NCBI GenBank assembly: GCA_964579265.1
Contig: CAZOFO010000001.1
Span: 49,854 to 113,853 of the forward strand
DNA: 64,000 nt
From: Candidatus Micrarchaeota archaeon
GTDB lineage: Archaea; B1Sed10-29
Reading direction: 5' to 3'
Part shown: positions 45,279-54,127 of the stretch, one piece after another
How the letters are laid out: each line of letters starts with the position of its first letter
How positions within the stretch are numbered: the stretch's first letter is position 1
The notes under the pieces: generated by a model
Databases searched by the model: none
The model's input: only the letters and a program-made list of their open reading frames with translations
Told to the model about the DNA's origin: nothing
Translations under genes and position numbers: made by a program

Positions 45279-46586
45279 TTAAATATTTTTCTCTAATCCT
45301 TTTTTCAATGACTCTAGTGCTTCTTTTTGTGCTACTGGGTTCTTTTTTTCCTTGTTTTCTTTATAAATCTCTTCTTTGAATAAGTTCTTTATCTCGATCC
45401 CTAGTTCTTCTCCAGCTTTTTTCACTGCTTTCCAGGACTCCGAGTCCGGTTTGAAGTACGCTAGAATTTTTTCGTACTTCTGGTTTTTGATATATCTTCT
45501 TACTCTTTCTTTATTCACTTCGATATATTCTTTTTTTATTTCCTGTGTTTCTTCCCATTCCGGCCAGTCGTAGTCTGTGAAAGGGTAGTTATCGCATTTA
45601 TCTACAGGTATTACTCCTGGACTTGACACTACCACTCTATGTATCTCTTCTTCATCTACCTTAGATTCTTTTATAGTTTTTTGTATGTTTTTATGTGTTT
45701 TTGATTCGTAGTAAGGTTTTCTATAGCTACATGGGAGCAATAAAAGAATTTTCTTTCCTTCTGGTCTTTGGTAGAGTCTTTGGAAGTAATCCTGCCATAC
45801 CTGGTAGTGTGGGTGATTTATCAGTTCTCTGGAGCATCCTTTGAGTTCTTTCCTGTTTTTTTCTTCTTCTGGGAATTTTGGGATGAAGTAGTAGTTCTCG
45901 AACTCTGTCTCTACTTGAGGGTGGTCTTTCCATTCTTCAACTTCTTTTAGGAATTCTTCTTTGTTCAGTGGTTTCCATTCTCCTTTTATCCAGTCCTTGA
46001 ATAGCTCTGACTGGTTGTGGGGGAAGGTGTTGATTAGAATTACTTTGTCTCCTTCTTTGGATTTTTTCAGTACGTGTTCCACTGATTTTTCTAGCGTATC
46101 TTCCTTTTCAAACGGCATGTTGACCATTAGATATGTCTTTACTTTTCCTCCTTTTTCATGTGTTTTTTCCACTGCTTCATCGTAGTTCTCCACTTTGAAT
46201 GGCTTCCCGTATTTTTCCAGGACTTCGTTGTCCGCTGTTTCCAGTCCTATCGCTATTGTGAAGTCTAGTTCCGATTTTTCGAATGGTTCAAGTTTTTCTT
46301 CAGTTATGAAATTAGCTACAGATTCAAAAACTATTTCTCTAACTTTTTTCTCTTCTAAGTAGTCTAGGATCCATTTTCTGAATTTTTTAGGAAATTGTTC
46401 GTTATCTAGGAATGATCCTGATTCGTATACTTTTAATTTATCTATATTTTCAAGGTTCAATTGCTTTACCTGTTTTTTTAGTCTCTCTGTATCTACTGGG
46501 TATTTTTTCTGGCCCCATCCGCATGCGTAGCATGAGTTGAAGCGGCATTGTCCGGAGTTGAGGATAACTGTTTCTGTCTTATTCAT
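45279..46586 (-). CDS. Radical SAM (RaSEA-like) fused to an ArcS-like DUF5591 domain; probable archaeosine synthesis enzyme
   Basis: CRFNSCYACG, KVYESGSFLD, AIGLETA, VKTYL in the N-terminal part; LLPCSYRKPYYESKTH, VVSSPGV.P, YDW in the C-terminal part. Confidence 0.78.
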   Translation of the reverse strand: MNKTETVILNSGQCRFNSCYACGWGQKKYPVDTERLKKQVKQLNLENIDKLKVYESGSFLDNEQFPKKFRKWILDYLEEKKVREIVFESVANFITEEKLEPFEKSELDFTIAIGLETADNEVLEKYGKPFKVENYDEAVEKTHEKGGKVKTYLMVNMPFEKEDTLEKSVEHVLKKSKEGDKVILINTFPHNQSELFKDWIKGEWKPLNKEEFLKEVEEWKDHPQVETEFENYYFIPKFPEEEKNRKELKGCSRELINHPHYQVWQDYFQRLYQRPEGKKILLLLPCSYRKPYYESKTHKNIQKTIKESKVDEEEIHRVVVSSPGVIPVDKCDNYPFTDYDWPEWEETQEIKKEYIEVNKERVRRYIKNQKYEKILAYFKPDSESWKAVKKAGEELGIEIKNLFKEEIYKENKEKKNPVAQKEALESLKKGLEKNI

Positions 46587-46735
46587 TTTTTATCACTGGC
46601 ATTGCCTTTTGGTTCTTCCTTAATTAAATCTTTTTGAGAATTTTAGGCACTACATAATGATATATTTAAATCCTGGTTTCATATAAGCTTGATCTAGAAT
46701 ATCTAAAAATTTGCAAGCCTCAGATACTTTAAATC

Positions 46736-47503
46736 CTACATCTTGCTTTTGATTTCTCCGTAAACCTCTTCCAGTTCTTCCAGGGAGAGATCCTTTACTT
46801 TTCTATCGTCCTGCATATCTATGTCGAATCCGTGTTCTACTGCGTTGTGGAGATTTTTGTTTCTGTATCTGAAGATTTCTCGTATGAATTCGTCGTACTT
46901 TTCGTCTCTTTCTTTTTCTTTTGGTTCCAGTATCATTACTGCGGCGTCGACTTCTGGTTTTGGATAGAACCTGGTTTTAGGTATGACTTCCCTTAGTTTG
47001 ACGTCAAAATAGGTTTGTGCCATTACACTTAGTCTTCCGTAGTTGCTGTCTCCTGGTTCCGCAGTCATCTTTTCTCCCACTTCCTTCTGGTATACCAGTA
47101 CTGCTTTTTCAAAATCGTAGTCCAGTAGTTTGAATGTGAAAGGGGTGGATATGCTAAAGGGTAGGCTGGATACTGTTTTGTCGAATTCAGGGTAATCTAC
47201 TTCTAGACAGTCTTCCCATATGTATTCAATGTTTTCATGGTTCTCCAATGTTTCTTTTAGAATTGGTTTTAGTTCTTCGTCTTTTTCTATTGCTATAACC
47301 TTTTCTGCTTTTTTAGCTATTTCTCTGGTTAGGAATCCTGGTCCTGGTCCTATCTCTAGAACTGTTTCATCTGGTTTTATCCTGCCGTGTCTTACTATTC
47401 TCTGTATTGTACTTTGGTCTTTCAAGAAGTATTGGTCCATTACTGGATTTGCTCTGAATCCGTGTTTCCTTTCTAGTTTCTTTATTTCTTTTTTCGTGTT
47501 CAT
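46736..47503 (-). CDS. rsmA: 16S rRNA m6,6A dimethyltransferase (KsgA/Dim1)
   Basis: DQYFL, VLEIGPGPGFLT, SLPFSIS, YGRLSV, FYPKPEVD. Confidence 0.95.
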   Translation of the reverse strand: MNTKKEIKKLERKHGFRANPVMDQYFLKDQSTIQRIVRHGRIKPDETVLEIGPGPGFLTREIAKKAEKVIAIEKDEELKPILKETLENHENIEYIWEDCLEVDYPEFDKTVSSLPFSISTPFTFKLLDYDFEKAVLVYQKEVGEKMTAEPGDSNYGRLSVMAQTYFDVKLREVIPKTRFYPKPEVDAAVMILEPKEKERDEKYDEFIREIFRYRNKNLHNAVEHGFDIDMQDDRKVKDLSLEELEEVYGEIKSKM

Positions 47504-47515
47504 GGGCTATTCCTT

Positions 47516-48088
47516 TTACCTTCTTTTCTTTTTTCTGCTGCTTTTGCTTTTTTTCTTTGTAAATAGGTTGTATTTTGTATTTCCTTTTATCTCTTCGAGT
47601 AGTCTTTCTGCTAGAGGTTCTTTTGGATCTGGCATTAGGTCTATTCTTTCCTCTATGTCTTTGTAGGATTTGAATTCTTCTTTTTCTCTTTCATCCAGGA
47701 TTTTCTTCATATGTTTTTTTCCTATTCCTGGGATGAGTTCTAGGCTGTGTTCTTTTATTGTTATGGCGCCTGTTTTGTTGAAGAATTTGACAAATTTATC
47801 TTCTTTTTCTTTTACTAGTGTCTTTGCTACTTCTTCTAATTCATTTTTAGCAGCGTTAGATAGGTCTTTGTACTCTAAGGTTGATTTTATGTAGTCTATT
47901 TTTTCTCTTTCGTCTTTCCCTACGTATATTTTTTCTCCTAGTGATATTTTTACGTCTTTTTTTGGAACTAGTTCTAGGAGTGTGAAGTGATCCGTGCCTA
48001 TAGCTTGGACTATCGGCTTGTTTTTGTAGTCCTTTTTGTAACCTTTTTTCAGGTATTCTAACACTATTGCATGTTCTTCTTTCTTCAT
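47516..48088 (-). CDS. DUF655 family HhH nucleic-acid-binding protein
   Basis: EEHAIVLEYL, QAIG..FTLLE, HSLELIPGIGKK; conserved rpl21e-rpoF-DUF655-rsmA order. Confidence 0.93.
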   Translation of the reverse strand: MKKEEHAIVLEYLKKGYKKDYKNKPIVQAIGTDHFTLLELVPKKDVKISLGEKIYVGKDEREKIDYIKSTLEYKDLSNAAKNELEEVAKTLVKEKEDKFVKFFNKTGAITIKEHSLELIPGIGKKHMKKILDEREKEEFKSYKDIEERIDLMPDPKEPLAERLLEEIKGNTKYNLFTKKKSKSSRKKKRR

Positions 48089-48117
48089 TTTGGATCTTCC
48101 TCTCGGGATTTATTTTT

Positions 48118-48477
48118 TTATTCTGATTTTTCTTCACGTAGATCATCTATTATTTTTAGTACTTTTTCTGTTTCTTCTTCATCTATATCGAATCTTTCTT
48201 TTTCGAACACTAGGTTGACTTGGTCTTTGTTGAAGGGCATTAGGTTAACTAGTCTTACTGCTAGCTTTTCATCTACCCCTAGGTCTTTTATTTCTTCTAC
48301 TGCTTTTTCTTCTCTTTCTGAATCTGCTTTCCCAAACTTTTGAGCGTATTGTAGGGTTGTTTTTTGCTCGTAGGATAGTTCTTCTTCGTCTTCTAGTTGT
48401 TCTTTTCTTTCTTCTAATTTTTCTCGTACTTTTGCGATTGTTATTGGTTTTTTCTCTTTGACTTCTTTTCCTATCAT
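48118..48477 (-). CDS. rpoF: DNA-directed RNA polymerase subunit Rpo4 (F)
   Basis: MIGKEV...LSYEQKTTLQYAQKF...AVRLVNLMP; gene context. Confidence 0.93.
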   Translation of the reverse strand: MIGKEVKEKKPITIAKVREKLEERKEQLEDEEELSYEQKTTLQYAQKFGKADSEREEKAVEEIKDLGVDEKLAVRLVNLMPFNKDQVNLVFEKERFDIDEEETEKVLKIIDDLREEKSE

Positions 48478-48620
48478 GTTTATACACCTGGCTAGATGTT
48501 TTTTATTTTCCTTTTTCTAACTGTTGTTTGTTTTTGTTTTTCTTGGTTTATATTTATAAGTCGCTTTTTCGCTTATTTGCCAATTTCTTTTAGATTTTCT
48601 CAAAATCTTTTACAATTATT

Positions 48621-48923
48621 CTATTCTTTTTCTTGCTTTTTTAGATGGGCTGGGTGTATTATTTGTTCTTTGTAGCTATCTTGATCTTTTAGTTTTACTT
48701 TGTAGCATTTTCCTTGCTTTCCGGTTATTTCTCCGGTTTTTCCAAAGAATCTTCTGTAGGGTAGTCCTGAGGTTATTGACGGATCAGGCTTCACGTGTAC
48801 TTTTTCTCCTTCTTCGAATTCTTTTAGTAGGTCATTGACATTGGGCATTCCTTTCTCTCTTGTTGATTTTGTTAATTGGTCTCTAGTTTTGGCTCTTGTT
48901 CCTTTTTTCTTGAATTTAACCAT
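48621..48923 (-). CDS. rpl21e: 50S ribosomal protein L21e
   Basis: GTRAKTR, GEKVH, GLPYRRFFGKTG, HPAHL. Confidence 0.96.
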   Translation of the reverse strand: MVKFKKKGTRAKTRDQLTKSTREKGMPNVNDLLKEFEEGEKVHVKPDPSITSGLPYRRFFGKTGEITGKQGKCYKVKLKDQDSYKEQIIHPAHLKKQEKE

Positions 48924-49111
48924 TTTTGCTCACCTTTTTTGTTCTACTGTTTTTTCGATTGCCTTAAGTTGCTTTTTTGGCGTGTATTTATTTTTACAGC
49001 GGACTTATTTATAAATTGTTTTTTTTAACCTGTTTTTATGCAAAATTTATAAACCTCGGAATGCATAAATATTTCAAAGATTAATGAAATGGTTAATTGG
49101 AGGTGTTTGAG

Positions 49112-49444
49112 ATGGGTGATGATGATGACGGATACACATTAGAAGAATGGGGAACTGGCTTCGTAGTGATGTTCTTTGTCATATTCATAGTTTTTGAACA
49201 CTCCTTTCCTAATTCAGAAGTTTATATAATTTCTTTTTCCTTAGTTTCTCTTTTAGCTGTTTTTCTAATAATTAAGGGTGTCTGGGATATAGTTATGAAG
49301 AAAGATGGAACAACTTTCTTATTTGGAGTGGCTGTTTCAATGGTTCTGATACTTTTCTTCGATGGTATGGGGTCTATAGTAGCTGCATTTAATTTAGTAT
49401 TCTTAGTGGTAGAGGAACTGTTAGGGATAGTTGCAGGGCTGTAG
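49112..49444 (+). CDS. Hypothetical membrane protein
   Basis: Three to four hydrophobic segments; ATG 49112 after GGAGGTG SD. Confidence 0.7.
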   Translation: MGDDDDGYTLEEWGTGFVVMFFVIFIVFEHSFPNSEVYIISFSLVSLLAVFLIIKGVWDIVMKKDGTTFLFGVAVSMVLILFFDGMGSIVAAFNLVFLVVEELLGIVAGL

Positions 49445-49446
49445 CT

Positions 49447-50118
49447 TTACTTTATTTCATCAACATCTATTCCTTCTTTCTTTATTTCTCCTAGTTCTTC
49501 CTCTTCTTCAGGTTCTTCTTCCTGTTTTTCTTCTTTTTCTTCTTCTTTTATTGCTTTTAAAACTTCATTTACATTTTCTAGGATAAAAGAAACTTCTAAG
49601 ATCGTTGAAAGTTTAGTGGGGTTGTTCGTTTTTTCCGTTGATGATTTTAATTCTTTCTTGAATTTTTTTGTCACTCCTTTTCCCTCGTAGGTTGATAGTT
49701 TTTCTTCTATCATCTCTTTGATTTGTTCCGGGTCTCTGAGGTTTGGAAGATCCGGCAGATTCTGTACGCAGAACTGTGCTAATTGGTTTATCTCTGCTTT
49801 TTCTGTCTCTGTGGTCCATCCTTTTGGAACTTTAAATCCTTGTGAGTAAAGATCCTTGTCGGGGGATTGTCCGAATATCCTTCTTGAGATTCCTTTTATC
49901 TGCATTGCTTTTCTGTTGAAATAGTTTTTTTCAAGGGATTTTCCTTCTTTCATCATCTCTTCGGCGTGATCCATATACATCTCTGCTAGGTAACCCAAGG
50001 AGAAGTATAGAAGGAGCTTTTTGTCTGGACTTTTATCTAGAAGTAGTTTTTTAAGGTCTTTTGGCTTTGTTTTTAGTTCTTTCATTATTTCTCTAGGATC
50101 GGTTTCTATTTCAACCAT
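49447..50118 (-). CDS. Hypothetical protein
   Basis: 223-aa ORF with the local codon bias and an acidic tail. Confidence 0.7.
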   Translation of the reverse strand: MVEIETDPREIMKELKTKPKDLKKLLLDKSPDKKLLLYFSLGYLAEMYMDHAEEMMKEGKSLEKNYFNRKAMQIKGISRRIFGQSPDKDLYSQGFKVPKGWTTETEKAEINQLAQFCVQNLPDLPNLRDPEQIKEMIEEKLSTYEGKGVTKKFKKELKSSTEKTNNPTKLSTILEVSFILENVNEVLKAIKEEEKEEKQEEEPEEEEELGEIKKEGIDVDEIK

Positions 50119-50150
50119 TTTTACACTCTTTATATTTTTTATTTTTCTTC

Positions 50151-50354
50151 TTATCTTTGGTCTTCTATGAATTTTTCAAATGATCTGTCGTATGTTTTTT
50201 CTGCTTCCTTTGAAAATGCGCATGCAGGTAATTCGTTCTTCTCCACGTGATGTTCTACACACTCACAGCATTTGCCTTTTCTCGGGCACCCTGGGTAGGT
50301 GCATGGGCATTTTTCCAGGTTTTTTTCTATATTAGGACATTCTGATCTTTCCAT
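50151..50354 (-). CDS. Small Cys-rich protein (DUF6485-like)
   Basis: CPCTYPGCPRKGKCCECVEHH..ELPAC.F..E.TYDRS. Confidence 0.8.
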   Translation of the reverse strand: MERSECPNIEKNLEKCPCTYPGCPRKGKCCECVEHHVEKNELPACAFSKEAEKTYDRSFEKFIEDQR

Positions 50355-50584
50355 TTTATTTTCTCCTATTATTTTTTCATTGTTTTTCTCTTGTATATAG
50401 AAGGTTTTTTTCTTTTATAAGAGTTATACTATTATTTTCTCTTGAATTTTTTTATTGGAAGAAAATCAAAAAAGATTAAAAAACAGGGTAACTAATATTA
50501 GCCGCAGAATTGATTTCAAGATTGATTTCCTATTGCTATAAGAATATCTGAAAAAGGAAAAGAGACGGATAGAAGGTTCTTTAA

Positions 50585-51208
50585 ATGGGAAAGAGTATAA
50601 TTCAGGCTTGGGAAAAGAGATTTAGAGAAGAGCCGGAGCATCAAGAATTTCCAGAGATGCTTGAAGAGAGATTGGATAAATTCTTGAAAGAGCTTCCTGA
50701 AGGAGCTAAAGTACTCGATCTAGGTTGTGGTAATGGAGATAAATCTAAATATATCCATGATAAGGGGTTTAGAGTACTTGGTGTTGATTCTTCAGAATCT
50801 GCTATACAGTATGCAAGGCAGAACTATAGTGAGGATGGGTTGGAGTTTCGGAATGAGGATGTTTTGAATTTAGATATAAAACAAGATTTTAATGGTATAG
50901 TTTCGATAGCTTTTCATCACTGTCTACCTAAGAAATCAAGGAAAAGGGTTAATGAAAAGATTGAAAGTTTATTGAGGGAAGGAGGATGTTTTTTTATTCT
51001 GGATCTCTCTTCAAAAGATAAAACTTTAAAGAAAAATAATGATTCAGGTAAAAGGAGCTTTGAAAAATCAGGTATGTACTTTCATCTCTTTACAAGAGAG
51101 GAACTGATCCGGGAATTTGATTTTCTTGATCCTTTAATTCTTCAAGAGCATGTAAGAGATCTTAAAGAGAAAAAGAACTCGGTTTTTACAGGGATTTTCC
51201 GAAAATAG
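50585..51208 (+). CDS. Class I SAM-dependent methyltransferase
   Basis: VLDLGCGNG, GVDSS, LREGG. Confidence 0.92.
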   Translation: MGKSIIQAWEKRFREEPEHQEFPEMLEERLDKFLKELPEGAKVLDLGCGNGDKSKYIHDKGFRVLGVDSSESAIQYARQNYSEDGLEFRNEDVLNLDIKQDFNGIVSIAFHHCLPKKSRKRVNEKIESLLREGGCFFILDLSSKDKTLKKNNDSGKRSFEKSGMYFHLFTREELIREFDFLDPLILQEHVRDLKEKKNSVFTGIFRK

Positions 51209-51232
51209 ATATATGGGTCTAGAATTATATCT

Positions 51233-51694
51233 TTACATATCCATGTCTAATGGAGAATCTTCGGTTCTTCCGTACCAGAATAGTATCTCTTTGTCCTCTT
51301 CGATTTTTATGTCTTCAGCTCCTTTTTCAGAACTTCTCCATTCTTCTTCTCCTTCTTCTCTTATTCCTATTAACCAGAATTCGTTCGTTTCTTCGTTGTT
51401 CTCCACTCCGTTTATAGATATGATCATTTCACCCATTCCTGGAAATGTTTCAGTTCTTACTGTGGCTTCTCTTCTCAATGCTTCTAGAGCTGTTGCTCCT
51501 TGAGTAAGTTTAACTGTAGAATTAACCTGTTCTGTCCCGTTATTGATTACTATTTCCGTTTCAACTACTCTTCCTTCTATCTCTTCGAATCTTCCCTGCA
51601 TTTGAAGTATTTCTGCTCCTAGATAGAGTGTTCCCACTCCTAATAGGATTATCAATAAAAGATTTAGTTTGTTATACTTGTCCATTGTTTTCAT
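51233..51694 (-). CDS. DUF4430 family membrane-anchored protein (transcobalamin C-terminal-like)
   Basis: N-terminal TM; TALEAL, GEMIISINGV, FWL, GAEDIKI.....FWY. Confidence 0.8.
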   Translation of the reverse strand: MKTMDKYNKLNLLLIILLGVGTLYLGAEILQMQGRFEEIEGRVVETEIVINNGTEQVNSTVKLTQGATALEALRREATVRTETFPGMGEMIISINGVENNEETNEFWLIGIREEGEEEWRSSEKGAEDIKIEEDKEILFWYGRTEDSPLDMDM

Positions 51695-52359
51695 CTCCTG
51701 TTTCCTATTTTTGCTTTAAGATTATTGGCTAATATGTTCTTGATTGGTTCGGAGGTCTCTGCTTTCACTGTTGTCAATGCTTTTCCAAGAACTATTAGTG
51801 CCGGTACGAATATTAGTGAGCTGAGGTGGTATAGAGTGAAAGGTATCTGCGCTATGTATACGTTTACTAGTGAATTTGTTGTTATTGATCCCCAGAGTAA
51901 CCAGGTTCCAAATGCGGTTATTACATCGTATAGAAGTATTAGAATCGCAGTTGTAAAAGTAGCTTCTATAGTGGTTTTGGAGAATTTATCCGTGAATGAT
52001 AGTTTTTTTCTGCTGGCCAGGAACCATATTAGAGTGAATGAAGGCCAGGTAAACAGATATATTGCTTGAAATCCCCATATTAATAGATCGAAGATGAATA
52101 AGGTTGATAATGCTGCTATTCCTATGTATTTAGTTGTCTTAGCTTCGTTTTCATCTGCTCTGAAAGGCATTTTGAAAGCTCCTATAACTACTAAAGCAGG
52201 TATTACAATTGAAAAGTTAGGTATAGTTATCCCGATGATATATAGGATCTTTCCAGTTATTACAAGTGCTGCACATATGCTTAAAAATATTTTGAAGTTC
52301 TTTGAGGATTTTTTTATTTCTTCTTTGGTTTTCATTGTTCTTTCTCTCAGCCGAAACAT
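51691..52359 (-). CDS. ECF transporter S-component-like membrane protein
   Basis: About 6 TMs, IPNF, LYD..T, AQIPFTLYH; 4-bp overlap with the DUF4430 gene. Confidence 0.6.
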   Translation of the reverse strand: MFRLRERTMKTKEEIKKSSKNFKIFLSICAALVITGKILYIIGITIPNFSIVIPALVVIGAFKMPFRADENEAKTTKYIGIAALSTLFIFDLLIWGFQAIYLFTWPSFTLIWFLASRKKLSFTDKFSKTTIEATFTTAILILLYDVITAFGTWLLWGSITTNSLVNVYIAQIPFTLYHLSSLIFVPALIVLGKALTTVKAETSEPIKNILANNLKAKIGNRR

Positions 52360-52453
52360 GTGAATCCTGTTTCTTATTTAATCTTTCTTTACTTTATAAT
52401 TTTATGGTTTTCGCTAAATCAAGCTTTAAATAAAATAACATATTTTTAATTAA

Positions 52454-52834
52454 ATGGTGTTAGATATGGCTGGAAAACTTGATTTTTGGAAGAAGGAAGA
52501 TTCTTATGATTTATTTAGAGTCTTTGTGACTTTTATCTTGTTTTTTTTAGCAATTGGTTTTCTAATAGGTTTAATTTTTCCTTATCAAAGAACTATGTGC
52601 ACTGAAATGGGTTGTAGCTGTGTTGAACAAGGAACAGGAGAGCCCGATGAAGATGGTGTTTGGAACTGTAATAGCTGTACAGAAAAAGACACGGTGTTTA
52701 GAACCTGGGTATTCAATGTGGTTAGAGAGAGGGAAGGCACTGAGATTATCGAATGTGGAGATGGAGAAATACGGATGGATACTAGATATGTAGAATGGGA
52801 TGATGACTGGAGCTATAGAATTGGTTTCGGTTAG
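52454..52834 (+). CDS. Hypothetical membrane-anchored Cys-rich protein
   Basis: One TM, then CTEMGCSC...CNSC...C. Confidence 0.65.
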   Translation: MVLDMAGKLDFWKKEDSYDLFRVFVTFILFFLAIGFLIGLIFPYQRTMCTEMGCSCVEQGTGEPDEDGVWNCNSCTEKDTVFRTWVFNVVREREGTEIIECGDGEIRMDTRYVEWDDDWSYRIGFG

Positions 52835-52849
52835 TTCTCAACTTTATAA

Positions 52850-53662
52850 TTAATCAAACACTTTTTTCTTTATTTTATCAATTTTCTCTTCATTCAGACC
52901 TATTAGAGGAGTGTAAATTGGCTTCACATGTTTTTCATGATCTTCTATGGCATTTTCTATATTTTTTGTTCCTGTTACTGTTCCTTGTGGCTCGGTTGGT
53001 TTTTTCTCAGTTAGATTCCATTTTTCAAGAGTTTTATCCAGTTTTTTATTCTTTTTTTCTTTGACTGGTTCTATCATGCATCCTCTTTTCATCATCATCC
53101 AGGCGGCTAAGAGGTCTTCTTCGGTTTCTAACTTTGATTTTAATGTTCCGGCTACCCCTAGCGGTATGCCTCCTGGTCCTTTTATTTTTTCGGTGAAAAG
53201 ATGTGATTTCTCTCCGTATACTTCTATATAGAGGATATGATCGGGGTTATCCAGGTCTACTTTTAGTCCTGTTTCTTTCTCCACGGTTCTTCCTATTTCT
53301 TCTTCTAGATCTTTGCTTGTGAAATCATGGTCCTTTGTTATTCTCTGCGCTCTGATAGCGAAAGTTCCTTTTTTCCAGTTTTTTACTTTTTCTTTTGCTT
53401 TTTCTCTTATTTTCTCCTTATTTGTCTCGGTTTCAACTGCTTTTGAGATAGATACTACTCCGAATATCTTTTTCAGAGTATTTAGAGCTTTTTCTCCCTG
53501 TTTTTCAGGGTAAATGTATAGTCTCAGTCTTTTTTCTTTTACTTCAGCGTTGATTCCATTTTTCTTTAGAGCTGTCCTCATGTTGTTTCCTAACTGGGAT
53601 AGGAATCTTTTTTTCACTGGTTTTGACTTGAGGAATATTTCCCCGAATCTAGCTATTATCAT
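52850..53662 (-). CDS. ThiI-like THUMP-domain protein with a degenerate PP-loop
   Basis: RFGEIFLKS, IFGV, TFAIRAQR, KVDLDNPD, GPGGIPLG..AAWMMMKRGC, but no SGGxDS and a truncated C-terminus. Confidence 0.85.
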   Translation of the reverse strand: MIIARFGEIFLKSKPVKKRFLSQLGNNMRTALKKNGINAEVKEKRLRLYIYPEKQGEKALNTLKKIFGVVSISKAVETETNKEKIREKAKEKVKNWKKGTFAIRAQRITKDHDFTSKDLEEEIGRTVEKETGLKVDLDNPDHILYIEVYGEKSHLFTEKIKGPGGIPLGVAGTLKSKLETEEDLLAAWMMMKRGCMIEPVKEKKNKKLDKTLEKWNLTEKKPTEPQGTVTGTKNIENAIEDHEKHVKPIYTPLIGLNEEKIDKIKKKVFD

Positions 53663-53732
53663 TTTTTATTACCTGTCTCTAGTAGTTTTTTGTTGCTTTG
53701 ATTACTTAGAAGTTTGGGGAATAAAAGAGAAA

Positions 53733-53809
53733 ACTTCGGAGGGGTTTTACCCCCTCTTTCTTTTTATCTTGAAGTGGAAACATAGCCGTTTGAAACGGCT
53801 TATGTTCCA
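53733..53809. other. Two adjacent hairpins/palindromes downstream of the histone gene
   Basis: GAGGGG-ttttac-CCCCTC (53739-56) and TGGAA.CATAGCCGTTT-G-AAACGGCT.ATG.TTCCA (53775-809). Confidence 0.55.
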
Positions 53810-53849
53810 TTTTGGGTTTTTATACAGACCTCTTAGAATTTAAAAAATC

Positions 53850-54056
53850 TTAAAGTTGTCTGGATGCTAGTCTGACGTCTTCTGCGGTTACTGTTTTTCT
53901 TCCTGCATGTCTTGCTAGTCTCATTGCTTGTGTGGATACTTCTGTTCCGACGTCTTCCAGTAGGTCTGCTAGTGCTTCTGCAGCATCTTCGGAAACTCTT
54001 TCTGCTCCAGCTTTTCTAATTATTCTGTCAACCGGTGCAACTGGTAGTTCAGCCAT
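53850..54056 (-). CDS. Archaeal histone (HMf family)
   Basis: ELPVAPVDRIIRKAGAERVSEDA...HAGRKTVTAEDV. Confidence 0.97.
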   Translation of the reverse strand: MAELPVAPVDRIIRKAGAERVSEDAAEALADLLEDVGTEVSTQAMRLARHAGRKTVTAEDVRLASRQL

Positions 54057-54127
54057 TTGTATTCACCCCTACCATTAATAGAGAGGAAGTTATATAAATA
54101 CTTAAGGGTTTAAACCAGCTGAAAACC

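Noticed and set aside
50509..50529. ATTGATTTC direct repeat upstream of the methyltransferase
   Set aside because: Two short AT-rich copies only; not distinguishable from chance
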